DNA of 64,000 bases. It comes from Psilocybe cubensis (lineage: Eukaryota). A model generated the notes under the pieces. It had not been told where the DNA came from. It worked only from the letters and a program-made list of their open reading frames with translations, and searched no databases. The stretch lies in assembly GCA_017499595.2 (NCBI GenBank), contig CM039008.1:1116001-1180000 (forward strand), read 5' to 3'. The first letter of the stretch is position 1, and each line of letters begins with the position of its first letter. A program made the position numbers and the translations under genes. Positions 11,901-27,345 of the stretch are shown in pieces.

Positions 11901-13110
11901 GAGGACGGATTATGTGCGTTGTTATTATTTTTCGGTTGTTAGTGTGGTTTCTTATGATGGTTTATGTTTTCAGTCTCAGCCCCCAATGGCGAATTGGTAT
12001 AGTGGTGTCCTCAAGTAAGTCTTTATCCCTCCCTTCCATCCTCCTTCCCTCATCACCTACTCACTAACCCACCCACCCCACAGCACCGGAAAAAGACGGT
12101 ACGGCCACCCCGCGCTAAACGGCGTTCTCCCCGAACCCTGGCTCCCGCTTAAAAAGGGCCAGGCGCTCGTCAACAGTGCGCACCACCACCACCGCGGGGA
12201 GCACCAGCAGGCGGGAGGAGGGGACCAGGCAGTGGTGCTTACGCTGCGCAAGAGGTACAGCGTGAGTGGACGGTCAAGAAGGTTATCGCAGGAGGGTGCG
12301 GCTGCGGCTGGTGGTGTGGGTGTTGGTGGAAATGCGAACGGAAATGGTGGTGCAGGAGGAATCCTCGCGGATCCAAGCGCGATGTTCGATCCATGGCAAG
12401 GCGCCGCATCCGCATCCACCTCCTCTCACGCCGCTGGGCCATCGGGTCAACCGCAACAACGACCGCACTCCCACCCAACACCCCGCCGCGCGCACACACA
12501 CCCACACGCGCTCAGCCACCGCCTAAGCTACGACCACGCATCCGGCGTCATCATGCTCCCCGACGACGGCGCGTGGCTCTCTGACCACTCGCACTCCTCC
12601 GACGATGACGACGACGATGATAGTGAGGTAGACTATGGCGTTCAAGGCGCACGTGCAAACGGGCTCGCGCTCTCGGAGTCAATGATCAGTGAAGGTGCTG
12701 AAAGCGAGGCGGCAGCGGCGGCGATGGAGGCGGGCGAGGGTGTGCCGCTGGGTTTGGGCGGTGTTGGTGGTTCTTCATCTACGTTTACATCTGCGTCTGC
12801 TTCTGCTGGTGCCGCTGCAGGCACGGGCGCTGGAGTAGGTACAGGCGCGAGCACAAGCGGTGGAGGTGCAGCGGGCGCAGGTACTGGAACAGGCACAGCG
12901 GGACCGGGAGCAGTAATGGGCATGGCGGGTCTCGGACAGAGTATTGGCCAGCGTCTTTCGCGGTATGGGACGTACTTTCATCATCCGGAGAGGCGGCGGA
13001 CGGGCTCAATCGCTAATGTTAGTGCCGCTGCCACTGCCAATGCCAATGCCGCTGCCGCCTCGAGTGCGGGTGGGAGTGTGAAGCTGCCTGGGGCGTTTCC
13101 GACGCGGTGA
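8909..13110 (+). CDS. CSC1/OSCA/TMEM63 (DUF221, Rsn1/Phm7 family) calcium-permeable stress-gated channel, spliced
   Basis: Motifs LFAPRTKL, FFGWI, VGLDAAV, ARTVLLTGIP, SAFITF, APEPRDIVWSN, INYGVVYP, VYKYKLLF, YESQGQAWP; long low-complexity C-tail ending PGAFPTR*. Confidence 0.93.
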
Positions 13111-14492
13111 GCTCCGTCGGCTGAGGCAATAAAGATTCTGAGGGCGGTGGTGGTGGTTTTTATATACAACCCCGGATATTGGATCTTGCAATTTGGATTT
13201 TTTGGAATTTGGAAGTTTTCTTTGTTTTCCTTTCGTAGTTTACTATAATTTGCGGGTGTTGATGTTGTGTCGGCGGACGAAGTGTAGTTACAATTTTCTG
13301 TTTTCTGATTTTTTGTTTTCGTTTTCTGTTTCTGTTTGTCGTTTTTGTGTTTCATCGCATTTGTTTAGTTCTATTTCCCGTTTATCCTTTCCCGTTTTCC
13401 GTTTTTATTTCTTCACTTTTCGTTTTGTATCGTTTCTTACGATTTTTTATTTCTGTGATTCTTTTGCATTCTCGTTTTAATCCTTTTTCTTAATCATCTC
13501 ACCGCGCTCGATATCATTTTGTCGTTTCCTGTTTCGATGCACTTTCCATTTCCACTTTCAATCTCGCTTCCACTTCATCTCTCAGTTCCATTTCCACTTC
13601 AACTTTCATCTCACTTCCACTTCATTTTCACTTACACACAATCTCCATCGCTCTTGCACATTTCTTTCTCTGTTCTTTTCATTTGTTTTTCCCCTCTGAT
13701 GTGATCAAGATACCGTTACATATCGTACATCATACCACTTCCTTACTTAATTGCAAGCAAGCATATGGCACATAGTATATCGTGCAAAAAGAAAATCAAA
13801 AAGTTGGTGTTGTATACGTCTACTCTTGTATAAGTTTGAGCTCATTTTGATGTGATTGTAAGATTAACAATGAGAGTGAATGTGTGTACTTTTCCTGAAC
13901 ACGTTCAATGTTACAATCGACGGTGTAGGTTCATTAAATTGTAGCAAGCTTTGCTTCTTACTTTAGTAGGTATTATTTTAAACAATATAAACTACTATTA
14001 AAATAAACCTTGACTGAACGAGTCTGGCATCATCCTTGGTATCGGTGATTGAGACAGAGGTCCTCGTCTCGAAGTCAGAGACCAGGTAGATGCCCCGCCT
14101 TAGGGAAGTTTGAAAGTCCGCTCGCTGATGTCCGAATACGTAGCATTAATTTGCTTGCCGTTGTAAATATTACGTGCTGAATAAAAAAAGTGATATAGCT
14201 ATCAGCTTGAGGGCAGACTTCCAAGTGCATAATTTTTACTATTCAGATTGTGGACATTGGCGCATACTTGAGGACCTGATCAATTTGAGCGCGTTCTTTG
14301 CATCACGCACATCACGTGCACCCGCCCGCCATTCGACCTCAATTTGGACGGCGAATTCGGTGCAAAGTGTAATTCCCTCAGCACAATTACCATAGAAACC
14401 GACAGCGATGTGTAGAAGAGCAAACTTGATTGAGACCGGTACCCTTCACACCATTTTGTTCATTACACTTTCATTCTTTTTCCCCTTCAAAC

Positions 14493-15494
14493 ATGCCGTT
14501 CTCCGCTGTCGGTAAGAAGAAGCTGGCTGGCCATGGTACGTGAAATTCAAGCGTTAGATCTGGGCATATTTTGATAATGTGCCTATAGCGGCCTTTCTTC
14601 TCGTTGACATCATCGTTTTGGCTCTTGCGACACGCGTCAACCAGTTCCAGGACTTTTTCTGTCAGTACCTACACAATTGACATACGCTCATGATCATGGC
14701 AAGAACTTACTGAGCAGACGCGTTGCGCGCGATGCTTAGATGTTGCGGATATTTTCCCCTTGGCTCTGTCCATAATTTCCTTAATCCTGGTGGTTTTATT
14801 GTGTGTCAAGTTTCGTTAGATCATTCCTTTCTCTGTGGCCCATGACTCTTGTAGGTTCACGGTTGACCTCGCGCTTATCAACTCCTACACTGGGAGGGCA
14901 CAGTCAGAGATTGGGATTTTCGGAGTGTTGAGCATCTTTTGGCTTGGTGAGTCCCAGCTGTTTCTTCGCGTCTTGCTACAGTACTCACCATACCACCGGA
15001 ATTTAGCCTTCAACGCATTCTCCACCGCGCGCTGGCGCCAAATCCCTTTCCAATGCGACTCCATCCCGACGGGTGCGTTCAATTCTTTCAAGTCCCAAGA
15101 TCAACTTTATCATGTCCATCTTGAATTCAACAACAAACTCTCTTCCAGATTTCGTTGACGAACGCGAATGGTGCAAATCTCTTCAAGCACTCAAGTCCTT
15201 TGTCTGGATTAACTTCCTCCTCTGTGAGTCTCTCACTCTCACTCCCCCCACTTGCATCTTGGAACTCGAACCATGATTCAAAATTAACCCAACTTGAATC
15301 TCACCATCATCTCGTATCCAGGCTTTGGAATCGCAATGTTCACCCTGCGCTATGCCATTGCAGAGTACTACCGCGGCAACAAGCACATCTTCCAAATGCC
15401 CTTGTCTCGCTACCGACCTGAACTGAGGAGCGACCAACATTTCGGCAGTGGTGGACGGGGAAGCGAGTTCCTTCAGTTCGAAAAAATGACATAG
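14493..15494 (+). CDS. Small four-TM membrane protein, MARVEL-like, spliced
   Basis: Exons give MPFSAVGKKKLAGH..AFLLVDIIVLALATRVN..DIFPLALSIISLILVVLL..EIGIFGVLSIFWL.AFNAFST..C..WCKSLQALKSFVWINFLL..FEKMT*. The E....L...W and C...QAL..F.W pattern is typical of fungal MARVEL proteins. Confidence 0.7.
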
Positions 15495-16061
15495 TTCCCA
15501 CCACGAACAACGCCATCATCTCTCAACTCCGATAGATGGCCTCGCGAGCTTCAGGCAACATCAACTTCCCATGGCATCATCTTCATTCTATCATTTCAGC
15601 TTTCTCATTCCCGGCAAGACCCCCTGGTGAGGTTACCCAGTCCGTTCTTTGTTTCTTTTTACTTTCGGTCTTCAAAGTTTTCTTGTATTCGCTTTCGGTC
15701 TCCTTCGTTTTGTACAGTATACCTCATGGTCATACCCCGTGAATGGCATTATCTGTTCACCCTACTATACGGCCAAGGAAACAGAAGAAATCGAAAAAGG
15801 GCCACGAAATACATAAATATACGACAAAAGGTAATTGTCCCAGGTACAGAAACGCAAAAATAAATACAGGGGCGATGGTGGAGGACCTTGAGCGTATCCA
15901 AATTTGAAGAGAAAGAAGAATACAGACACAGCAAATGACGAATGAGTAAAAAAAAGACGAAAAGACAGCGGGGAACTTGAGAACGGTCGGCAAAGAGTGC
16001 TATACGACGACGTCAAAATAAAAATAAACGATTTTGTTGGTTGCCTGCTGTCAACCACTCT

Positions 16062-18321
<2,260 letters not shown>

Positions 18322-18629
18322 GGGGGAAATGGAGAAATGACTATGGTGGTACAGAGGAGAGAGAGGAGATAGGCGCCGCCAGCGACTTGAAATGTAAGTA
18401 TTTAGTGTAGAATGTATGATGAAGCGTTTGATGCCGTGCTTCTTTGTAAGATCAAGCCAAATCAAGAACAACGCCCAAACTTGTCATCAAATCGCGTTCA
18501 AATCATTAAATACATGTCGTGCTGCAAAAACATAATACAGATGAATCGTAGCTATGCACTTCTCGTAATCGTACCCGTCCAAGTCAGTAAGTACACTATA
18601 CATAATCAAAAAATAGTCATTCCCGGTCG

Positions 18630-21600
18630 TTATTTGCGAGGTCCAATGAACGTTCCTCCTCCTGTCCGTTCCGGAGCTATAGGCCCTTCCAATCGGGCTC
18701 GAAGGCGTTCCAATTCCCGCTCCATACTGCATTGGCAAAGGAAAATCAGTGGGTTTTTCAGACAGAAGCACATAGTGCACACGTACCTGAGAACTTTTTG
18801 TTTATAATCAGAGGCGTCACGCTCCGCACGACGCTTTTCCGCCTGAAGTTTGTTTTCGGCCGTTTGCTGCAACCACATGAACATCGTCGTCAACCAATTC
18901 GTTGCAAGACAGCGCGCAAGTGACTTACCATGGCATCCATGCTCTGGCGCATACCTTCTATCTGCATCTCATACGCCTCTAGTTTCGCCTTCTGACGATC
19001 ACTGTCACCAGGCTGTGGCTTGGCTTCTTGCGACTTGTCCGGTGTCCGCTTCAATCGTCCGCTCTCCCTTCTGTCCTTATTGGACTGTTGGAGCTGGTTC
19101 GTCAACTCTTCTATCCGGCTCTCCATCCTACGAGATCCAGGCGCCGCACGTGGCGAGCTCGCATACGACCTAGTTTCAAGATCCACAATGCGAACATTCA
19201 ACTCTTTGTTCTGCTTTTCGAGACTAGCCTGATATCCGAGACTTAATAAGTAGTTAAATTTGAAGAAGTTAATTAATGCTTACATTACGTTGATCCAATT
19301 TTGCGTTGGCATCTTGAACCTTGTCCAGCTGAAGCTTGTACTCCGAGGCAAGAGATTCTGCCTTCCTGAGACGTTCCGTCGCACTCGAAACACGATCTTC
19401 CTGCTCTTCCAGCGAGCGTTCAAGATCTTGTTTCTTTAGCTGCAGCCTCTGGAATTCGGGGTCAGAGGACATCTTGTTAGAGTCCACGTAATCCAACTTG
19501 ATGGTCTCCAACTCTGCCTGCAAAGCACGGCGCGCTTTCTGCAAAAGCGACCTTTCGTTCTCCGCATCGTCTAGGACCCCACGAAGCTCACGGAGTTGCC
19601 CGTGCAAAGCTACAATTTGCGATTGTTGTTCTGCTTGAGCAGCAGTTGACGCCTCATAAGCCGACTCGATGTTCTTGACCTTTTCCTCCATACGCTCCTT
19701 GTCCTTCTTCCACTCTTTGCTGTTATAGACTTCATCGTCGTATTTCAGCTGCAGAGCGTCATGATCGGATCTGAGTTTACGGTTCTCATCACGAAGTCTA
19801 CTCAATCCGTCCCTTTGCGCTTGAAGTTCTAGAGAAAATGTATTATTAGCAAGCATGAACATCACCAATACATCATTTGTAATGGTACCTTCACTCAATT
19901 GCGCAAGTTCGGCTGCAGTCATTGTTAAAGCTAGAAGAGCATAGCATAAAACTAGAGAACTGACCTTGATATTTCTTCCTGGTCTGATCAATTGTGAAAT
20001 CACGCTCGGCGAGATCCTTCCGATGTTGCTCTCTCTCATCCTCCAATTCCTCCGAGAGACGCTGGCGAAGTTGACTTGTTTCAGACGATTCACGACCTTC
20101 TTTCGCAAGTTCAGCCTCCAAGGCCTGAATACGACGTTCTCTTGACTTGATTGATTTCTTGTGGTCCTCGGAAGCCTTTGTAAGAGCAACCTGTGCTTCA
20201 TTTAATTGTCGACGAGCTGAAAAGGCAATTGGGTAAGCATAAAGAAGAGGAAAATGGGAGTGGCATTTACTCTGATGCTCCGAGCTGACAGCCTTGACGC
20301 GCTCCATTTCTGCTGCCTCGTATCGAGCTTGCAATTCGTGTTCGTTGGCCCGAAGAGCTTCGATAACCACCTTGAGTTCTGTTACCTTTTATCAGCGGAT
20401 GCTACCCCATATAAAGTAAATATTGCATTACCTGCTTGAGCCGCATTTGACGAAGACTGAGCCACCTCCTCGTCCTGCATGTGCTTTTGCAGTTGGCGTT
20501 TGGCATCTGAAGCAATATAAAATTAGTAAGTTAATCGGACCAAAAACGCCTTAGATATGTGCATACTTATTGCATCCATTTTCGATATCTCATGCTGTTC
20601 CCGAAGCTGAGCCACCTCATTCATGAGCTGGTTCTTGGCAGCAGTCAGATCCCGTATTTGAGTGCGTTGGGTTTCCAGTTCGTCTTGGCCTGTCCTTTGT
20701 TGAACAAGCTAAAAAAACCACATCAGAACGTGTTCACCGATGATTGAGAAATATATACCAGAGCTTTTCTCGACTCCTCAAGTCGAGCGTAATTCTCCCG
20801 CTCGTCTGCAATAGTCTGCTGGAATTTAGCCCAAATCGTTTGGACCCCATCAATGCGCGCTGCTTCCGCAGTTCGACGAGCCTCTGCTTCCTCCTTGAGT
20901 AATTGGGTGAGCTTCTCGTTCTCGCTGACCAAATGAGCCCTATAATGTTCAAGGAACTGTTTGGACCCATCACTCTTGCTAAGCTCTACCGTCAAGTCGT
21001 GCACTGAGCTCTCGAGATGTCGCCTCACACGTTCAGATGCTGCCATCTGGACTTCAAGTAGCTGGAGTTGTTGCTTGAGAGCAGCAACCTGCTTCTCAGA
21101 TGCTCGTGCCGCATCCTCGAATCGCGACCCGCCTCTCGACGACGCCTTCCTGGGAGTTGAATTTGCTGACGACGGTCGAAGTTCATTGGCGCCGCTTAAT
21201 CTGGGCTTCTTCGATTTGACTGACAGTTCCTTTTTCATAGCATTCTCAGCAAGTTCAAACTGGTGCAAAAGGGTGGAATGGAAGTTTCTGTCCGTAGGGT
21301 TACTTGACAAAACCAGCTCTCTAATCTCGGCATGTTGGCGTTCGATCTGGTCTTGTATCCTTGTCGAGGTAGCTCTAGCAAGTTCTGATTCTTCTAACTG
21401 CGCTTCGAGCTGAGCAATTCGTGTCTCGTAGTCTCTCTGCAACTTGGCCAAAGAGTCGCCAGTCTCCGCATCCGCCGCAAGCCTGTCAAGTTCTCCTTCC
21501 AAAGCGGCCTTTGAGCGTTGGGCAGCAATGAGCTGCTCGTTGAGGTCTTGTTCTCGCTGGCGAGTTTTGTCCAACTCGGTTTGGACACGATGCACTTGGA

Positions 21601-24600
21601 GCTCTGCTTCTTGTTTTGCTCGCATCTCTTTCTCAAAAAGTGCAGCTTGCTCGTCCGCCCTCTTCTCGTGTAACTTTGCCTCCTGCTCCTTGGCCCGAAT
21701 TTCTTTTGCATGTTGGTGGTTGATATCGTCAATATCTTGCCCCCATTGCTTCCTGGCCATCTGGAGCGACTTGATGTGTGCTGCTTGCTTCTCCAACTCT
21801 GACCGCGCTTCTTGGAGTTGACGGTCTGTCACGCGTTTAGCTTCCTCAAGAACATAGACATGCTCTACGATAGTCTTGTCTTGTTTCGATTCAAGTTGTT
21901 TAACCTCAAATTGCCTATCTTTGAGCTCTCGGATCGTGGTGTTCAAATCTTTCTCCAGTTTCGTATTGCGGTCTTTTAGCTTGATAACCTCCGCTTTCTG
22001 GGTTGAAACGGTCTTTTCTAGCTGTGTTCGTTTGGCGATTTCTGTTTCCAATTGCTTGCGAACGGTGTCCAGTTCTTTCGTCCGACTCTCTTGTTCGCGC
22101 TGAAAATCGAGAACGACATCTTCAAAGTTGCGATATTTATCTTGCGCAGCCGTTAATTGACGCTCAAGATTCTAATAGACAAGGTTAAGACAGTATACAT
22201 GAAGACAGGGACTTCGTACCTCTTTGACCCGCAAAGCCTCGGCTAATTGGTCCTGAACTTCAGTTTGGCGCGACTTGACGGCCAAAAGCTCTGAATCCAA
22301 GGCTCGTTTTCCTTTTTCAAGCTCTGACAATTGCGCATGAACCCTCGTAAGCATGGACTGGGCAGCTCTTTCGCGCTCGAGGAGCGACGTATGACTATGC
22401 TGAAGCGAAGTATGCTCTCGGGTGATTTGTTCGAGTTCCACCTTCAACTTGTTCTGATTCTCCACAGAAGACCGGCGAAGCTCTGCAAGTTCTTGATGGA
22501 GAATATTGCACTGGCCGCGCAAATCAACCAGTTCAAGCTCCTTGCTCTTTTCCGCTTCCGATCGACGTGTTGCCTCTGTCGTCTTGGTTGCCAGTAGATC
22601 TCGAAGTTCGTCCATTTCAGCCTGCAATTTGTGCTTTGCAGCGAGATCAGCAGCATGATCCTTCTTCTCTGCAGAGAGCTGAGCATCAATGGTATCGATA
22701 TCTGCGCGAAGTTCGACAATCTCCATCGAGGCATTGTCGTGCTCTTGCTTCAGTTCCTCTAACTGGGCAACCAACTCTACTATTTGGTCTTCCTTCTTCT
22801 GGATCATGGTTGAATATTCAGTGGCCGTGCGTCCCATTTCAGATAGTTGCTCCTTCGTCTGTCTAGCCTCATTCTCAAAATGATCTGCTTTATCCTTGAT
22901 AAGATCCCTAAAATATCATAAGTATGTTTGTAGGTGAACGCAGCGTAATTTGACTCACTTGTTGCGCGCCTCAGTTTCTAGTTTGGCTCGAAGATCGTTA
23001 ACAGCTGAATCCATGCGTTCCTTGGTTCTCGCTAAGTCTTCTTCACGTTGTAAAGCCAAATTCCGTAGCTCTTCAGAAACCTCGTGAATACCCTCCAAAT
23101 CACTTTGCAGCGCTTCAATTTCCTCGTTCGCTTTCCGGAGCTCCTCATTTAACTCCGCCTCCCTGGTGCTCCAGGTGTGCTCTCCTTGCTCCAACCTAAC
23201 GAGATGTTCCGCTGCCTGATCAAAGGCTTCCCGAAGCTTCTCGTATTTATCCTCGCTTTCCTTCTGTAGGCGCATTGCTCTCGTTAACTGCGAGTCCAAT
23301 GTGTTGATATCAGCTTGCAAGGCACCAATTTCCTCTTCGAGTTCGCCCTCTCGTCTTTTGCTGCGCTCAAGAAGGGCGTCTTTATCCAGGGCCAAGGAGC
23401 GTTCGGCTTCGAGATCAGCTTCAACCTTTCTCTTCTCAGCCTCCAAAGTCATCTTGAGCTTTTCAAGAGCCTGCTTTTCCTGCTTGTCTCTTTCCGCGCG
23501 TTCCTTGATCAATGCAAGTTCGAGCTCCTTTTTCCGTAGCTCCTCGTCATTGCGTGTCGCTGCGAGCAACGGGCGAACCTAAAAGAAGGGGGGAAATGTT
23601 GAGCTAGTATATAGCAGGTGGCCTCGGGGACGAATACCTTTGTGTACAACTGCCACCAAGGCCAGTCACGTAGCTCACTATAAACTTTTGCATTGCGTTG
23701 AATCGTCTTTACAGCCATTGCGCGGTTAAGAATTTTCTTCATTTGCCTCCTAGCAGTCCACATCCTGGCGACAGCCTGGAGCCTGGAAAAAATATCGAAG
23801 AGCAACATGTCCCTCCTTTCCTCAAGTTCCGCCAAAACTCCAGCCTTGAAGAAGATTTTCGATGTTCCCAGCTTGAAAATGGTGTCGTCGAGCTCCAGTG
23901 AGTTGACCATCCTCCTGCAAGCCTCTCTACCATCCATATATCCCTTTGGCAAGATACCAGGCGTCAAAATCTCATACCGCTGACGGAACTCGACGAATGG
24001 GAGCCTGTTCGGATAACCTAATCTCGCAATGCGGATACCCTCCAAGACACCATTGCACCGCAGCTGGTCGAGAACAAGTGGAACGTCCATCCGACCAGGC
24101 TTCTTGATATTGTTCGGCACGATGCATCGCACAAAATGCGGCTGAGTCGCCCTGAGTTGAGCCATAAGACTCGAAAGCTGTTCCTTATGTCGCTGAGCTA
24201 CAGTCCGGAATGCACCTTTCTTCATCGGTCGCTTCCTCCCAACCGTAGAGACATGTGCACCCGCGCTCAACGGCGATGGCTGGTCAGCATACTCCGCAAA
24301 GAGGCTGGCCACATATCGCTCCGAGGAAGCTGCCAGCACTCGAGTGAGGTTGTCATTGAGAGGATCCTTGTTCTTCTCAAGCCAGCCATCCGTACGATAC
24401 TCGACTTTCGCGGCATAGTGCTGGATGATGAAACCCTGTTCAAATCGAGAGGGTTCATATTTCAATTTGCCTGGGTGAGATTCATCTTCATCTTGGTCTC
24501 GAGAGGTCCACATGGCGTTAAGTTTATTCGTGAAGGTACGATCGTCGGCTTTGGGCATGATACATTCTTCGTCGAGGAAGCTGAGAATGCCGATGGTGTT

Positions 24601-26538
24601 TCCGCTTGACTCGATCAAGTCGATTGTGGGCTGTAGATCCAAGCCGAAGTTAACGTAATCCCAATGGATACCTTCTCGGGCATACTCCTCCTGCTCTAGA
24701 ACAAACATATGGTGGTTGAAAAACTGTTGTAGCTTCTCATTGGTATAGTTGATGAGTAGCTGCTCGTAACCGTTGACTTCGAAAATTTCGAATCCGGCGA
24801 TATCGAGCACTCCGATGAACGTCGCCTTTGAAGAAGGACGGTCAAGTGCACGATTTATCCGTTCAACAAGGGCACCAAAGGATTTTTCGTAGAGTGTTTT
24901 ACAAAGAGCAGAAAGCTCGTCCACAGCTTGCTGTCTTGTCCGTGCTTGCGTGACCCATTCTCGTCCTGCGAGCGCTCGAGGTCGCAACACCGCCCGGGTG
25001 AACTCTGCAATAGGAATTCCAAGCAGGTGACAAACCCGCTCTGCTTGAGAAGGATCAGGCATCGAGGCATCGTCGGACCGAGTAGCGGTTATGGTGATGT
25101 TTCCAATGTGGAGAATTGCCGCAACAATGCGGAACAAATCTATTTGCTCAGATTGGTCGAAACCAACAATGTTTAAAGCGCTCTAAGGTCAATGTGAGAA
25201 TTTTTCAAAACATAACAAATATATAAAGGGACCTACAACTAACGCATTCCAGTCCTCTAGGTCGTCTACTCCATCAACCTCTCGCCTACTCTTATTGAGG
25301 TATTCGTAGTCTTCAACTTGTCCATCGAGCAGTAATTGACCTACGGGAGGGTAAGCAACGTCAAATACGTGATAAAGATTTATTTACCTTTCAGGTCACC
25401 ACCTCCAGCCATCAGTTGGTAGAAAACATGGAAACTACGTTCAGCTTCATTGCGGAAAACGACTCTGCTCTTCTCGAGGAGGTACCAATCAATGTTTGCC
25501 CCAGCGATACTACCATCAGGGGCGAACATGATCCGAACAAACTTGCCGAATCTACTGGAATTGTTGTTCCGTTGAGTTTGGGCATTACCGAATGCTTCAA
25601 GAATTGGGTTGGCCTGCAATATTTGACGTTCGAGAAGACCCAGTCTGCCTTTGGCTGTCAGAATTGAACCTGGACCAGTGATCGATGCAACTGAGGCGGA
25701 ATGCCCATGCCGCATCGACCGACTTCGAGGAAGGCCACTTGTAGGAATAGATGTTATAGTATTTGATCTCGAATGTGATTGCACGGGGGGTTGATGAACA
25801 TCTGTAGCAATAGCTGCAAGGTATTGAATGACTTTCTTTGTGCTCTCGGTTTTACCGGCACCAGACTCTCCACTGTGAATAAAGTTGAATGTTACGGGGG
25901 GCACAACCTAAAGTGAGGACGTACGTGATTAGAATACTCTGATTCTCTCGTTCATCCCCCATGTTGACCCAAGCTCTCTCTGCAACTGCAAACACGTGTG
26001 GAGGGTTCTCATCGCGTCTCTTGCCTCGATATTGTTGGATAATAGCATCTGAGTAGAGTGGCAAATGCTGGTAGGGATTGATGGCAACCAGGAAAAGACC
26101 TGAATAGGTCTAAAAGCAAGAGTGTCATTACAGAGTCTCTTTTGGAAAGATGGACAACAGCTTACATATATAGCGCCGGAACCGTATCTTAGACGGAGGT
26201 TGTGCACAACGCTCGCTTCATTGAGAAAGGTAAGGTCGGCAATGTCTTCGACTCGATCGAACTTTGGAGGATTCATTTTGAACAACTCCTCAAAGCGCAC
26301 TTTGCGAAACTTTTGGGAGCGTTCATTGTATCTCCAATAGCTAGACAGTCAATCAACATACCTCTCCTCCAGCTGCCATGATAACTTCTGCAGAATCCTC
26401 CTCTTCCTTATTCACCCAACCTGCAAGGTATCCTTCTCTGATATCAGGTACCCAGACCCATTTCTTCTCGTTAAATTCTGCTTGCTGAGCAGCGGCTCTG
26501 GCTGCCTCAGCGTTCTGGGACAGTCGGGGAGCCGGCAT
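18630..26538 (-). CDS. myo2: Type II myosin heavy chain (Myo1/Myo2), spliced
   Basis: KKWVWV SH3-like start, NPPKFD, P-loop GESGAGKT, switch [11 protein letters not shown], switch [28 protein letters not shown] before a long coiled-coil tail. Confidence 0.96.
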
Positions 26539-27345
26539 GATATGTCGTGATCAGATGTACATGCAAAGGATTCGTGAAAGCAATAGCGGGTATAGATGGT
26601 ATCAAGTATGTGCGCGTCCAAGACTGTTGTTAATACACGGAGGGTGGAGGGTAATGCAGAAACGGGGATGAATGGATGGTATGTCGGTGTTGAGTTCAGG
26701 AGACGCGGCGCGACCGTCACGTACCTTCAACCAACAACTACAAATCGGGTAATCACCTTCGCTGATAAGATAAGATCATGCTATCCTTGCATTTCCTTGG
26801 AAAGCCGCCCTATATCAAACAGACTTGCTTCTTCCCGACATCCATCGAACTCAGTCACTTCAACAAGTTCAGGAGTTGTGTCCATTTTGATCATAACACA
26901 TATGAGAGAGACCATTACGTGTTCAATAACATCTTCATCCGTTCGTACAGAGGCCCCGGTTCCACCTGAGCGGCATGCTGCCTGAAAGCATGCAGTACAA
27001 CACCAATCGCATTCCTGGATCAATAATTACAGAATGCTGAGGTTTCTTCACCATCGTTTACCGCTGTCGCATTGCATGTATACACAAATAGCAGGCTAGG
27101 CAAAAAGTTCTCGAAAGTATTACTAGCCATGCCTCGCTCAGATAAAGGATATGCGCACTCTTGTCAAATTTATTACTCAGGTGCGCACAAACATTCTGAC
27201 TTGGTTTTGAGTGATTTTGTGTTGAGTGATAAATTAAAGCTATAATGAATACATGGGAGCAATGATTGTGGTGTGGCTAGTAGCAATAAATCGACTAAAA
27301 TAAAGTAAAGAAAGAACGAGTGTCCATTGCACCATTATAACCGGT

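Noticed and set aside
20961..25176. Long plus-strand Ser/Leu-rich ORFs
   Set aside because: Antisense shadows of the myosin coding sequence, mostly its Glu/Lys/Arg-rich coiled coil.
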